Source of the DNA: a virus
Reading direction: 5' to 3' (one strand)
Length of the DNA stretch: 23,789 bases
UHGV virus genome: UHGV-1460385
Notes under the pieces: generated by a model
Told to the model about the DNA's origin: nothing
The model's input: only the letters and a program-made list of their open reading frames with translations
The model's database searches: none
Made by a program: the position numbers and the translations under genes
In this document: positions 1 through 6,774 of the stretch, piece after piece
How positions within the stretch are numbered: position 1 is the stretch's first letter
Layout of the letters: each line of letters opens with the position of its first letter

Positions 1-382
1 ACATTTTTACCGTTCACGCGCTGGATGTAGAACGTATTGATGTCGATGAAGGTGCCAGCGGCGCGATGGTCGGGTTTAACGTCCATTTCCATTCTCTGGC
101 AAGCGCCTCGATTACTGCGATGTTTAGTTAATCACTCTGCCAGATGGCGCTATGCCATCTGGTATCACTTAAAGGTATTAAAAACAACTTTTTGTCTTTT
201 TACCTTCCCGTTTCGCTCAAGTTAGTATAAAAAAGCTGAACGAGAAACAGAAAACACTGTAAATATCAATATGTTACGAAGGATTTAGTCTAAATAATAG
301 ACTGCATAATACTACAAAACACAACATATCCAGTCACTATGAATCAACTACTTAGATAGTATTAGTGACCTGAGGCAGAGCA

Positions 383-423
383 TTAGCGCAAGGTGATTTT
401 TTGTCCTCTTGCGCTAATTTTTT
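383..423 (+). terminator. Intrinsic terminator-like hairpin (TTAGCGCAAG / CTTGCGCTAA stem, then T6) in the AT-rich region beyond the tailspike
   Basis: Seen in sequence: 10-bp perfect inverted repeat at 383-392 and 408-417 followed by TTTTTT at 418-423. The 15-nt loop is longer than typical, and no plus-strand gene lies immediately upstream. Confidence 0.45.
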
Positions 424-515
424 GTCAACGGACTGGGTTAGTTGAATTTACAACCATGCTCAGTATCTCGATAAGCGCAGAGAAATGATGCAGTGGTGGG
501 CGGACTGGCTTGATG

Positions 516-537
516 AAAAGGTGGCGTAATGCCACCC
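516..537 (-). terminator. Putative intrinsic terminator just downstream of the tailspike gene
   Basis: Minus-strand reading GGGTGGC-ATTAC-GCCACC followed by TTTT (plus-strand A-run 516-519). Lies about 40 nt after the tailspike stop codon (576-578). Short U-tract, so moderate. Confidence 0.45.
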
Positions 538-575
538 AAATAGCGGACACTTATACCTATGCCAATATCACAGAC

Positions 576-3263
576 CTATTCCACAACATCATCTTCTATC
601 AATTCAGCCTTATTTAGTTGTTCCTTAAGCTTATTCCATGCAGAATCCTCAGGCATCTGTACTCGCACAGAAACGAATTGATTAGCAGGAATGTCGATCG
701 GGTCACCGTTCGAAACACCAGGGATGTCGTTACGTGCAAAAACGGGCGAGTTATCATGAGTGCGGTGAAACGTTTTCACCAACACAGATCCATCTTGGTT
801 AACAACATAATCCAGCCAGATGAGCGGCTGCTTGTTTCGGTCCTGCGGTATTTCAAATCCACCATCAATCCCCCCCCATGAAGCATCTGCATTCAGACCT
901 ACGCAACCCTCAATCAGATATTCACCCAATGCCAGCCGTGTGACGGTTACCCCATCTGATTCGCGATTTGTTTCACTACTACCGTCTGAGAAAATCTTCA
1001 CAACCGGAGAGGCTTTTTTGATGAAACCACTTGAATCGACGGTCGTGTTCAGCGACGACCATGCCTCAGCCCAGCCTGTGTTACCTGCGCGAATAGCATC
1101 GTCTGCGTAGCGGAAGAACAGTTTTGATGTTGTGGACATGAATATCTGCAACACACGGTTTTTTGCATATCCTGACTCCCATAATGCTCCGTTACCTGTT
1201 CCTTCTGGCTGCCAGTTTGTCACCCCACCTGCAGCTCCTATACTTACACCAGTAGACCAGTCTCCAGCAAATTCTGGAAGATTTAGTGAGTTAGGTGAGC
1301 GAATTGATACATCAACCAGACCAGGGGATCCGAGAATCGACATGCTGCGGGAGGACACCTTAGTAAAAGAGTTGTACCCGCCGTTTTTGGAAATCCTTCC
1401 TGTATAATTATTAGCCCTGTTAGTTCCATTAACTGTAATTTCCCAGGTATCGCCGTTGATGAAGTCGATCTGCAATAGGCAGAATGCTGGCAGCGTCATC
1501 TGTCCTGGCGCAGATGGCCCACCTTCAAACAGTGGCATATCCTGTTCAAGATATGTCACATATCTACCTGCATCTGTATTCCGCAAATAGTCACAAATAG
1601 CCTGTGCCGATGTAAATAGCGCAATACCATCAGCCGGGTTTACAGGGTGACGGCCAGCGTTAATCACCCTTCCGCGAGGGTTAAATAACTGTGATGAGGC
1701 ATTGGATAGCGGAGTCATGTCTACTGTTCCAGGTTCATTAGATGGACAGTTAGCGCGAATGATGTTTAAAGTCCTATAATTTGATCCGCCCCCATTGTCA
1801 TAGCGAATAGACTGTAGAAGATACAATTCCTCAGAGCCAGAAATATCACAAGACTGCACCCCCTCATTTTCAGTGGAGTAAACACTCTTCCCTGAATAAC
1901 TATCCCAGTATGTTTTGAAATCTGCAGGTGACAGCAGGTACTGACCTAATTCTGAACCATTAAGGCTGTACTCAATATAACCCTGCAACCCTGCGAAAGT
2001 ATTTCCAGATCCCGCCGTGGTAGATGCACCAATACCAGCAAATATCCGTTGAGAACCAAGAGCGACACCCTGCCGTTTTGGTTTACCGGCTCCGCGACCT
2101 CCAACATTTGCATCAACCGTAATAGTCCCCATTGGACTGTAAGATCCTTCTATAAGGCTGTTAATATCCAGTGTGTTAAAGATATTGGATACACCTGTCT
2201 CAACATCAAAAATTTTCGGCCAACCCATATCCGCATTTTCGTATATCAGGGTATTACCAAAGCCACTAAACTGATATCGCACTCCAAGGCGTGTTGATTC
2301 AGTGAAGTTTGTAATCTGCGTTTTATCAACCAGCGTACGCGGATCTTCGATAGGGTAAATTCTGATAGTGCGAGATGGGCTGTACGGCAGCAGGATGTAA
2401 CGCTGTCCTGCCACTCGGTAAACGTGGATGCCTTCTGGTGCACCAACGTTATTCGGAAAATGAAGACGTGTTACCAATGCTCCTGTTACCCAGTCATGCA
2501 CCGTAACCCATACCGATGCGGGGTCTAGCGTCTGCCAGCCGATGTATACCATTCCATCATTGCTGTCTATGTAAATCCCCTGAAATCCCATGGTCGTGTA
2601 ACCATACTGATCTTTAAGATCTGCGGTAATCTCATCGTCTATGATGCTGAATTCTAATTTCCAGTTCAGCGGCCTACGCGTACCACTGACATGCCTAGAA
2701 ATATGAGACAGGTAGCTTTTAACCCCGCCTGCGATAATGTATCTATGTTTGATCTCAGTAACAATTCCAGTTGCAACTGGAGTGCATTTATAGACGCCGC
2801 CGTTTATTCTAATAAAATTGGTTCCTGTTAGATTATCCCCAATGGCAACGTCTTTTCTACTATTCTTAAACGTCCCATTACCTAAGTCAGTAACAAGCAA
2901 TGCCCCTTCTACATATTTCAATGACTGATCAGGGTCATACTTCAGCACATTAGGAAAATAGAACTGCTGCGCACCATACGCATCATAAACAGCCATAGAG
3001 TGGCCTTGCACAGTTACGAACTTGGCAATCTGTCCGTTATATACCGGGTAACCAGCAGCGTTAATGATTATTGGTTGCGAAACAGGAACGTGAGAACCGT
3101 CTTCATTCTCCACATAGACCTGAATCTGGTTTTCTGGATTTACAGGATCAGTGTCAATTTTACCGATATAAATTTTGCCATTGGCTACGGCTTTAAAAGA
3201 ACGCGCCATAGTGAAGAGTTGCGAAGGCATCGATACGATCACATTGGCTGTAATGTCTCTCAT
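576..3263 (-). CDS. Tailspike / receptor-binding protein (895 aa): P22-type N-terminal head-binding domain fused to a large non-P22 C-terminal body
   Basis: Residues 1-110 ([40 protein letters not shown]...[12 protein letters not shown]...NVLKYDPDQ) closely match my recollection of the P22 gp9 head-binding domain. The remaining ~780 aa do not resemble the P22 endorhamnosidase body. Last gene of the late operon, after ant, as in P22. ATG at 3263 with GGAG 9 nt upstream; TAG stop at 576-578. Confidence 0.9.
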   Translation of the reverse strand: MRDITANVIVSMPSQLFTMARSFKAVANGKIYIGKIDTDPVNPENQIQVYVENEDGSHVPVSQPIIINAAGYPVYNGQIAKFVTVQGHSMAVYDAYGAQQFYFPNVLKYDPDQSLKYVEGALLVTDLGNGTFKNSRKDVAIGDNLTGTNFIRINGGVYKCTPVATGIVTEIKHRYIIAGGVKSYLSHISRHVSGTRRPLNWKLEFSIIDDEITADLKDQYGYTTMGFQGIYIDSNDGMVYIGWQTLDPASVWVTVHDWVTGALVTRLHFPNNVGAPEGIHVYRVAGQRYILLPYSPSRTIRIYPIEDPRTLVDKTQITNFTESTRLGVRYQFSGFGNTLIYENADMGWPKIFDVETGVSNIFNTLDINSLIEGSYSPMGTITVDANVGGRGAGKPKRQGVALGSQRIFAGIGASTTAGSGNTFAGLQGYIEYSLNGSELGQYLLSPADFKTYWDSYSGKSVYSTENEGVQSCDISGSEELYLLQSIRYDNGGGSNYRTLNIIRANCPSNEPGTVDMTPLSNASSQLFNPRGRVINAGRHPVNPADGIALFTSAQAICDYLRNTDAGRYVTYLEQDMPLFEGGPSAPGQMTLPAFCLLQIDFINGDTWEITVNGTNRANNYTGRISKNGGYNSFTKVSSRSMSILGSPGLVDVSIRSPNSLNLPEFAGDWSTGVSIGAAGGVTNWQPEGTGNGALWESGYAKNRVLQIFMSTTSKLFFRYADDAIRAGNTGWAEAWSSLNTTVDSSGFIKKASPVVKIFSDGSSETNRESDGVTVTRLALGEYLIEGCVGLNADASWGGIDGGFEIPQDRNKQPLIWLDYVVNQDGSVLVKTFHRTHDNSPVFARNDIPGVSNGDPIDIPANQFVSVRVQMPEDSAWNKLKEQLNKAELIEDDVVE

Positions 3264-3321
3264 TTAATTTGCTCCAGACACAAGGAATCGCCGCAGCATG
3301 GCTACGGTGAATTTTGGGCAT

Positions 3322-3344
3322 AAAAAAACCCAGCCGAAGCTGGG
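3322..3344 (-). terminator. Intrinsic terminator between ant and the tailspike gene
   Basis: Minus-strand CCCAGC-TTCG-GCTGGG hairpin followed by TTTTTTT (plus-strand A7 at 3322-3328). Canonical GC stem with TTCG tetraloop. Confidence 0.75.
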
Positions 3345-3385
3345 TCGTTGCGTTGGTTATTGACCTACACTTTTCGTGCAGGTAG

Positions 3386-4315
3386 TTAAAGTTTAATTGA
3401 GTGGCACGCTCTATCACGTATCGCTGCGAATGAAGCTATCTCTTTAAGTGCCCAGCTTTGCTCAGCCATTAAATGGCGAAGTGCTTTTAGTTCAGCTCTT
3501 ACTGCTGAAACGTCATACCCCGCTTTTGTCAGAATATTGATTAGTTTATACGCCGGACTGCATTCAACGAGTGCGCTGCGGTCAAGAGCAACAGTATCAC
3601 CGCATTGCTGCCTGATAATGGCGTAAGGTGCATTTTCAGCAAACCATGAAATCGGGAAGTTAATATCCAGTTTTGGCGCTGGTAACTCTTCTTGTTTGCC
3701 AATGAACTCACCTTCAAGCGGAACGCGAGCAGCAAGTGACAGTGCTTCGGTAAACTGCTCCTCACTGATTTCTTTGTACGAACATCCAAAATGGGATTTC
3801 AGTGACGACCACATGGTGATCATCGCCTTAGCCTGTTTTTCTTTTGGCAGAGACTGACCGCGACTCATGACGAGTTGTTTAATGGCTTCCTGCTGTTCAG
3901 TGGTAATTTTACTCGGCAACGCCTTTTTAGCTTTGCGTGGGTTAACTACATGACCTTTAGTCCAGTACTCGTAGAGCACATCGTCACACTCTTCCTGATA
4001 CTGGATTACCTTGTCGCGGATTTCAGGGCGGACTTTGTTTGGACTGATGGTTTGCAGCCAGCCAGCAAGTTTGCGAAGTGCCAAACAAATAATCTCACGG
4101 CACTGTTCATCACCAGGAAGCTGCATTGTGATTTTCACAATGGAGGTTTTAAACCGTTGCTTTATTTTCGTAAACTGTGAAGCCCAATCCATACCCATAC
4201 CTTCAACGATAGGTTTCATTGGGGTGTACGGCTCACCGTTGTGATTGACGACATAAAGCTCTGCGCCGTGGAATGGTACATTGATAGTAGATACTGCTGT
4301 TGCTATACTTTTCAT
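3386..4315 (-). CDS. ant: Antirepressor Ant (P22_AR-type N- and C-terminal domains), 309 aa from ATG 4315
   Basis: Position immediately upstream of the tailspike and downstream of arc, as in P22 immI; size near P22 Ant (300 aa). N-terminal VPFHGAELYVVNHNGEPYTPMKPIVEGMGMDW...QLPGDEQ resembles the P22 antirepressor N-domain family as I recall it. The ORF-track start at 4381 is TTG; the first ATG (4315) has AGGAAA 7 nt upstream. Confidence 0.7.
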   Translation of the reverse strand: MKSIATAVSTINVPFHGAELYVVNHNGEPYTPMKPIVEGMGMDWASQFTKIKQRFKTSIVKITMQLPGDEQCREIICLALRKLAGWLQTISPNKVRPEIRDKVIQYQEECDDVLYEYWTKGHVVNPRKAKKALPSKITTEQQEAIKQLVMSRGQSLPKEKQAKAMITMWSSLKSHFGCSYKEISEEQFTEALSLAARVPLEGEFIGKQEELPAPKLDINFPISWFAENAPYAIIRQQCGDTVALDRSALVECSPAYKLINILTKAGYDVSAVRAELKALRHLMAEQSWALKEIASFAAIRDRACHSIKL

Positions 4316-4390
4316 GTCAATATTTCCTAAGACGATTTGTTGATACCGAAGCCCTGACTGTTCCAGCAGTTGGGGCTTCAACGTTTTTCC
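4316..4390 (+). ncRNA. sar: sar-type antisense RNA candidate (~73 nt) covering the ant ribosome-binding site
   Basis: Plus-strand promoter -35 TTGATA (4281-4286), 17-bp spacer, -10 TATACT (4304-4309) with TGc extension. Predicted start near 4316, directly opposite the ant start codon. Ends at a long hairpin (GAAGCCC..ACTG-ttccag-CAGT..GGGCTTC, 4348-4379) followed by ACGTTTTT. Matches the known P22 sar arrangement; transcript not demonstrated. Confidence 0.5.
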
Positions 4391-4647
4391 ACTTCATTTT
4401 GAATTTGCTTAAGTAGCATATTTGTCTCGTCAAGCCTCTTGTTAATACGGTCAAGGCTTTCTACTAAATCGTTATGTGCATGTGATACTTCGTAATTTGA
4501 GACTGATTTCTTTTCCTCTATCGTCTTTGTCAATCGTTCCCCTGATTGATACATATTGATTAGCGCTGTAAAAATCACAAGCAAGCAAACCACAATGATT
4601 GCGCCAGACAAAAATTGTAAAGAACGATCAAGCAATGACACCCTCAT
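4378..4647 (-). CDS. Hypothetical 89-aa protein with one N-terminal transmembrane helix and a charged coiled-coil tail, between arc and ant
   Basis: ATG at 4647 overlaps the arc stop (ATGA). Predicted TM segment LSGAIIVVCLLVIFTALI followed by a heptad-like charged region. No family recognised. Confidence 0.5.
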   Translation of the reverse strand: MRVSLLDRSLQFLSGAIIVVCLLVIFTALINMYQSGERLTKTIEEKKSVSNYEVSHAHNDLVESLDRINKRLDETNMLLKQIQNEVEKR

Positions 4648-4802
4648 ACCATTACCCCCTCCCTCTTCAGGCTGTCCAATACTCGCTTGTAAATCTCAGA
4701 GTTAACAGATCGCTCATTCTCTTTGGCTACCTTGCGCACCAAATCCAATACTTCTTTAGGCATCCGCAAATTAAACTGCGGCATTTTTCTTGCACCTTGC
4801 AT
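4644..4802 (-). CDS. arc: Arc repressor (ribbon-helix-helix), 52 aa; below the 60-aa cutoff so absent from the ORF track
   Basis: Translation by hand: MQGARKMPQFNLRMPKEVLDLVRKVAKENERSVNSEIYKRVLDSLKREGVMV. This matches the P22 Arc sequence as I recall it (MKGMSKMPQFNLRWPREVLDLVRKVAEENGRSVNSEIYQRVMESFKKEGRIGA). GGAG 5 nt upstream of the ATG; TGA stop at 4644-4646. Confidence 0.85.
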   Translation of the reverse strand: MQGARKMPQFNLRMPKEVLDLVRKVAKENERSVNSEIYKRVLDSLKREGVMV

Positions 4803-4818
4803 ACCCTCTCCCAATCAA

Positions 4819-4835
4819 TGAACCACCGTGGTTCA
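4819..4835. promoter_or_regulatory. Omnt-like palindromic operator TGAACCA-CCG-TGGTTCA
   Basis: Perfect 7-bp inverted repeat with 3-bp spacer between the divergent mnt and arc genes. Its core CCACCGTGG resembles the symmetric P22 mnt operator core (TCCACGGTGGA, from memory). Confidence 0.55.
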
Positions 4836-4836
4836 A

Positions 4837-4870
4837 TTGAGAATGTACTATCACCGTTATAGACTGTCAA
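4837..4870. promoter_or_regulatory. Overlapping divergent promoters: Pmnt-like (plus) and Pant-like (minus)
   Basis: Plus strand: -35 TTGAGA (4837-4842), 17 bp, -10 TAGACT (4860-4865). Minus strand: -35 TTGACA (4870-4865), 17 bp, -10 TACATT (4847-4842). The two share bases, and the Pant-like transcript would start inside the palindrome. Confidence 0.45.
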
Positions 4871-4889
4871 GAAAAAACATGGTGATAAA

Positions 4890-5144
4890 ATGTCCAGAGA
4901 AGACCCACAATTTAAGTTGCGCCTTCCAGCAGAGTTAAAAGCAAAGTTAGACCAAAGGGCAAAAATGAATGGTCGGTCTATCAATTCTGAACTAGTTCAG
5001 ATCGTACAGAAGGCGTTATCTGAACCATCACCGATTGCAGGCTATCGAGACGAAGCTGAACGCTTGGCTGATCAGCAAGCAGAGCAGTTCAAGACTGTTG
5101 TGTTTGAGACACTTAAAAAGATTTATGGCAAGGATGATAAATAA
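4890..5144 (+). CDS. mnt: Mnt repressor (Arc/MetJ-family ribbon-helix-helix), 84 aa
   Basis: MSREDPQFKLRLPAELKAKLDQRAKMNGRSINSELVQIVQKALSEPSPIAGYRDEAERLADQQ... is near-colinear with the P22 Mnt sequence as I recall it (ARDDPHFNFRMPMEVREKLKFRAEANGRSMNSELLQIVQDALSKPSPVTGYRNDAERLADEQ...). Divergent from arc-ant across an operator. Confidence 0.85.
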   Translation: MSREDPQFKLRLPAELKAKLDQRAKMNGRSINSELVQIVQKALSEPSPIAGYRDEAERLADQQAEQFKTVVFETLKKIYGKDDK

Positions 5145-5680
5145 TGCTGCACACAATTCATTTCTTATGCCCCGTTAACACCGCCACTGTTGGGCAACTT
5201 CAGAACCACTGTCTCACCGCATTATCTCAAGGCGCAACTGAATTAAATATCCATATATCAAGTCAGGGAGGGGAAACAGCCGCTGGCTTTACTGCGTATA
5301 ACTTTCTTAAGTCACTCCCTGTTACCGTTAGAACTCACAACATAAGCAATGTTGAATCCATAGCTAATATCGTTTTCCTGGCTGGCTCAGAACGTTTCGC
5401 AAACCCATTATCAAGATTCCTGTTACATCCTCTATTATGGTGCTTTGCCTCCCCAGCCGCCGACCATGCCAGATTGAGAGAGTACGGGAAATGCCTCGAT
5501 AACGATCTTGATCGCTTCGTTGAGACGTTCAATATCGACATCGGAACCCATATTAGGTGGGCATCCCTGATAGCAGACTCGACCATTTTGGATGCTAACA
5601 AGGCTCTTGAGCATGGCATAATTAATTCCATAAAAACTGCAAGGCTGGTATCCAATCAGGCAAACTGGTGGGTTGTTTGA
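5144..5680 (+). CDS. Truncated ClpP-family (S14-like) serine protease, 178 aa, translationally coupled to mnt
   Basis: Start ATG overlaps the mnt TAA (TAATG). By-eye alignment to E. coli ClpP: NIHISSQGGETAAG vs YINSPGGVITAG; SNVESIANIVFLAG vs GQAASMGAFLLTAG (Ser); RFLLHPL vs RVMIHQPL (His); ILDANKALEHGII vs FLSAPEAVEYGLV with an upstream Asp. Ser-His-Asp spacing matches. The ~25 N-terminal residues of ClpP are absent. Confidence 0.75.
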   Translation: MLHTIHFLCPVNTATVGQLQNHCLTALSQGATELNIHISSQGGETAAGFTAYNFLKSLPVTVRTHNISNVESIANIVFLAGSERFANPLSRFLLHPLLWCFASPAADHARLREYGKCLDNDLDRFVETFNIDIGTHIRWASLIADSTILDANKALEHGIINSIKTARLVSNQANWWVV

Positions 5681-5704
5681 TGGGTAAATCATGAATACTC
5701 CTTA

Positions 5705-5730
5705 TAAAAAACCCGCGATTAAGCGGGTTT
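5705..5730. terminator. Bidirectional intrinsic terminator between the convergent ClpP-like gene and the minus-strand antirepressor operon
   Basis: AAAAAA-CCCGC-GATTAA-GCGGG-TTT. Strong U-run for the minus-strand transcript, weaker (TTT) for the plus-strand one. Confidence 0.7.
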
Positions 5731-5736
5731 AGTTGG

Positions 5737-5958
5737 TTAGTTATCAAAAAGTCCGTACGTTTCTTCTTCTTCAGGTGTAAGGGGAAGAATCTCTACTCTA
5801 TCTATAGATACCTTTTCAATGTACCCATGAGGTCTACTTAAAATTAAAGCTCTCTCATGCCACAGAACTCCAAGAATGTGATACCTCCCAGCATCGCCTT
5901 TTACCCTGGCTCTTCCTTTGATTCTTGGCGGCATAATGCCATATTTTTTCTTTGCCAT
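5737..5958 (-). CDS. Hypothetical 73-aa protein, last gene of the minus-strand antirepressor operon
   Basis: ATG at 5958 overlaps the upstream TAA (TAATG); basic N-terminus, acidic C-terminus; followed by the terminator at 5705-5730. No family recognised. Confidence 0.45.
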   Translation of the reverse strand: MAKKKYGIMPPRIKGRARVKGDAGRYHILGVLWHERALILSRPHGYIEKVSIDRVEILPLTPEEEETYGLFDN

Positions 5959-6686
5959 TATGCAACATTACTCCCATGAATCAGGTGTTGTAGAGCTTTA
6001 ACACCTTCCGCATTGTAGCGGAATGCTTCCACCTGTTTGCTGGAATGTGCAGATTTATCCAGGAAGAACTTCCCGTACTGCTCAGTTTTGAGGTTGTTTG
6101 CGTTAGCAATGCGACCAATCTTGTTGGCCGTTACTCCAAGCTGCTCTGCAACCTCCCCTGCTGAGTAGTAATGCTCTTCTATTGCTGGAAGAGGTATTGC
6201 ATTAAAACCAACGATCGGGTTGATTATGCTTGCTGCCGCAGTCTGCTTTGCTTCCGGCGCAAGATTTGGCATCAAATCGAACAGATTGGTAACAGCTTCA
6301 ACCGTCATTTTCAATGTTCGCGCCTGGCGATACTCAACAAGTCCACTCGACGATTTACCGCTTTTAATGTGCGCTTCTTGCATACTTTCAAGTTGGTCTA
6401 CAAGTGAGCGGCGAACAGCTTTAGATTCACGAGCAGCCACTCGAAGGGCTTGCTTAATTGACATAACAACTTTTTCAGAAGTTGTCTTGTTTGATTTTTG
6501 AACTACGAAAATTTCGTAGTGCTCACCTTCAAGTTCATCCTTAATGCGTGCAATAAAGTCGTTATTTCGGACTTCTTTTTCCCCGCACTGTCTACGAGCA
6601 TGATTGACCATCTCTAACAGGTACTGGCTATCAATGGTTTTATCCGTGACAACGGATCCGATGTTTGCTACATTCTTAAAAGTCAT
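5958..6686 (-). CDS. Rha-like N-domain plus KilA-C-like C-domain protein (antirepressor-family regulator), 242 aa from ATG 6686
   Basis: N-terminal TIDSQYLLEMVNHARRQCGEKEVRNNDFIARIKDEL...HYEIFVVQKS resembles the Rha family. C-terminal YSAGEVAEQLGVTANKIGRIANANNLKTEQYGKFFLDKS resembles KilA-C-type antirepressor C-domains. AAGGA 7 nt upstream of ATG 6686; the track start at 6737 is GTG and would run through a terminator hairpin. Confidence 0.65.
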   Translation of the reverse strand: MTFKNVANIGSVVTDKTIDSQYLLEMVNHARRQCGEKEVRNNDFIARIKDELEGEHYEIFVVQKSNKTTSEKVVMSIKQALRVAARESKAVRRSLVDQLESMQEAHIKSGKSSSGLVEYRQARTLKMTVEAVTNLFDLMPNLAPEAKQTAAASIINPIVGFNAIPLPAIEEHYYSAGEVAEQLGVTANKIGRIANANNLKTEQYGKFFLDKSAHSSKQVEAFRYNAEGVKALQHLIHGSNVA

Positions 6687-6724
6687 TAGGCATTCCTTAT
6701 GTGGTAGTAAGGGTGTGACATAGG

Positions 6725-6755
6725 CCGCCAGCAGCACACTGGCGGTTTTCTTTTT
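6725..6755 (+). terminator. Orphan plus-strand intrinsic terminator in the Bro-N / Rha-like intercistronic gap
   Basis: CCGCCAG-cagcaca-CTGGCGG followed by TTTTCTTTTT. Canonical geometry. There is no annotated plus-strand gene upstream, so it would terminate an antisense transcript. Confidence 0.6.
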
Positions 6756-6774
6756 GCGCAGTCCGGCGCACCAA

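Noticed and set aside
1-131. Calling the left-edge partial ORF on a specific strand
   Set aside because: Plus frame (ending TAA 129-131) and minus frame (ATG 86) share codon boundaries and are both open with plausible codon usage; I could not choose without a homology search, so it is reported as a finding rather than a feature.
37-225. 62-aa plus-strand ORF in the region beyond the tailspike
   Set aside because: Runs through the 140-162 hairpin and across the GC-to-AT composition break, has no Shine-Dalgarno and a low-complexity product; most likely spurious.
3386-4381. Longer 331-aa version of Ant starting at 4381
   Set aside because: The track start is TTG with no Shine-Dalgarno and overlaps the upstream ORF; the first ATG (4315) has an AGGA ribosome-binding site and gives a size close to P22 Ant.
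5931-5953. Terminator-like element GCAT-A-ATGC plus T-run at the 73-aa ORF start
   Set aside because: The palindrome has a 1-nt centre and cannot form a hairpin loop; more likely a coincidental palindrome or protein site.
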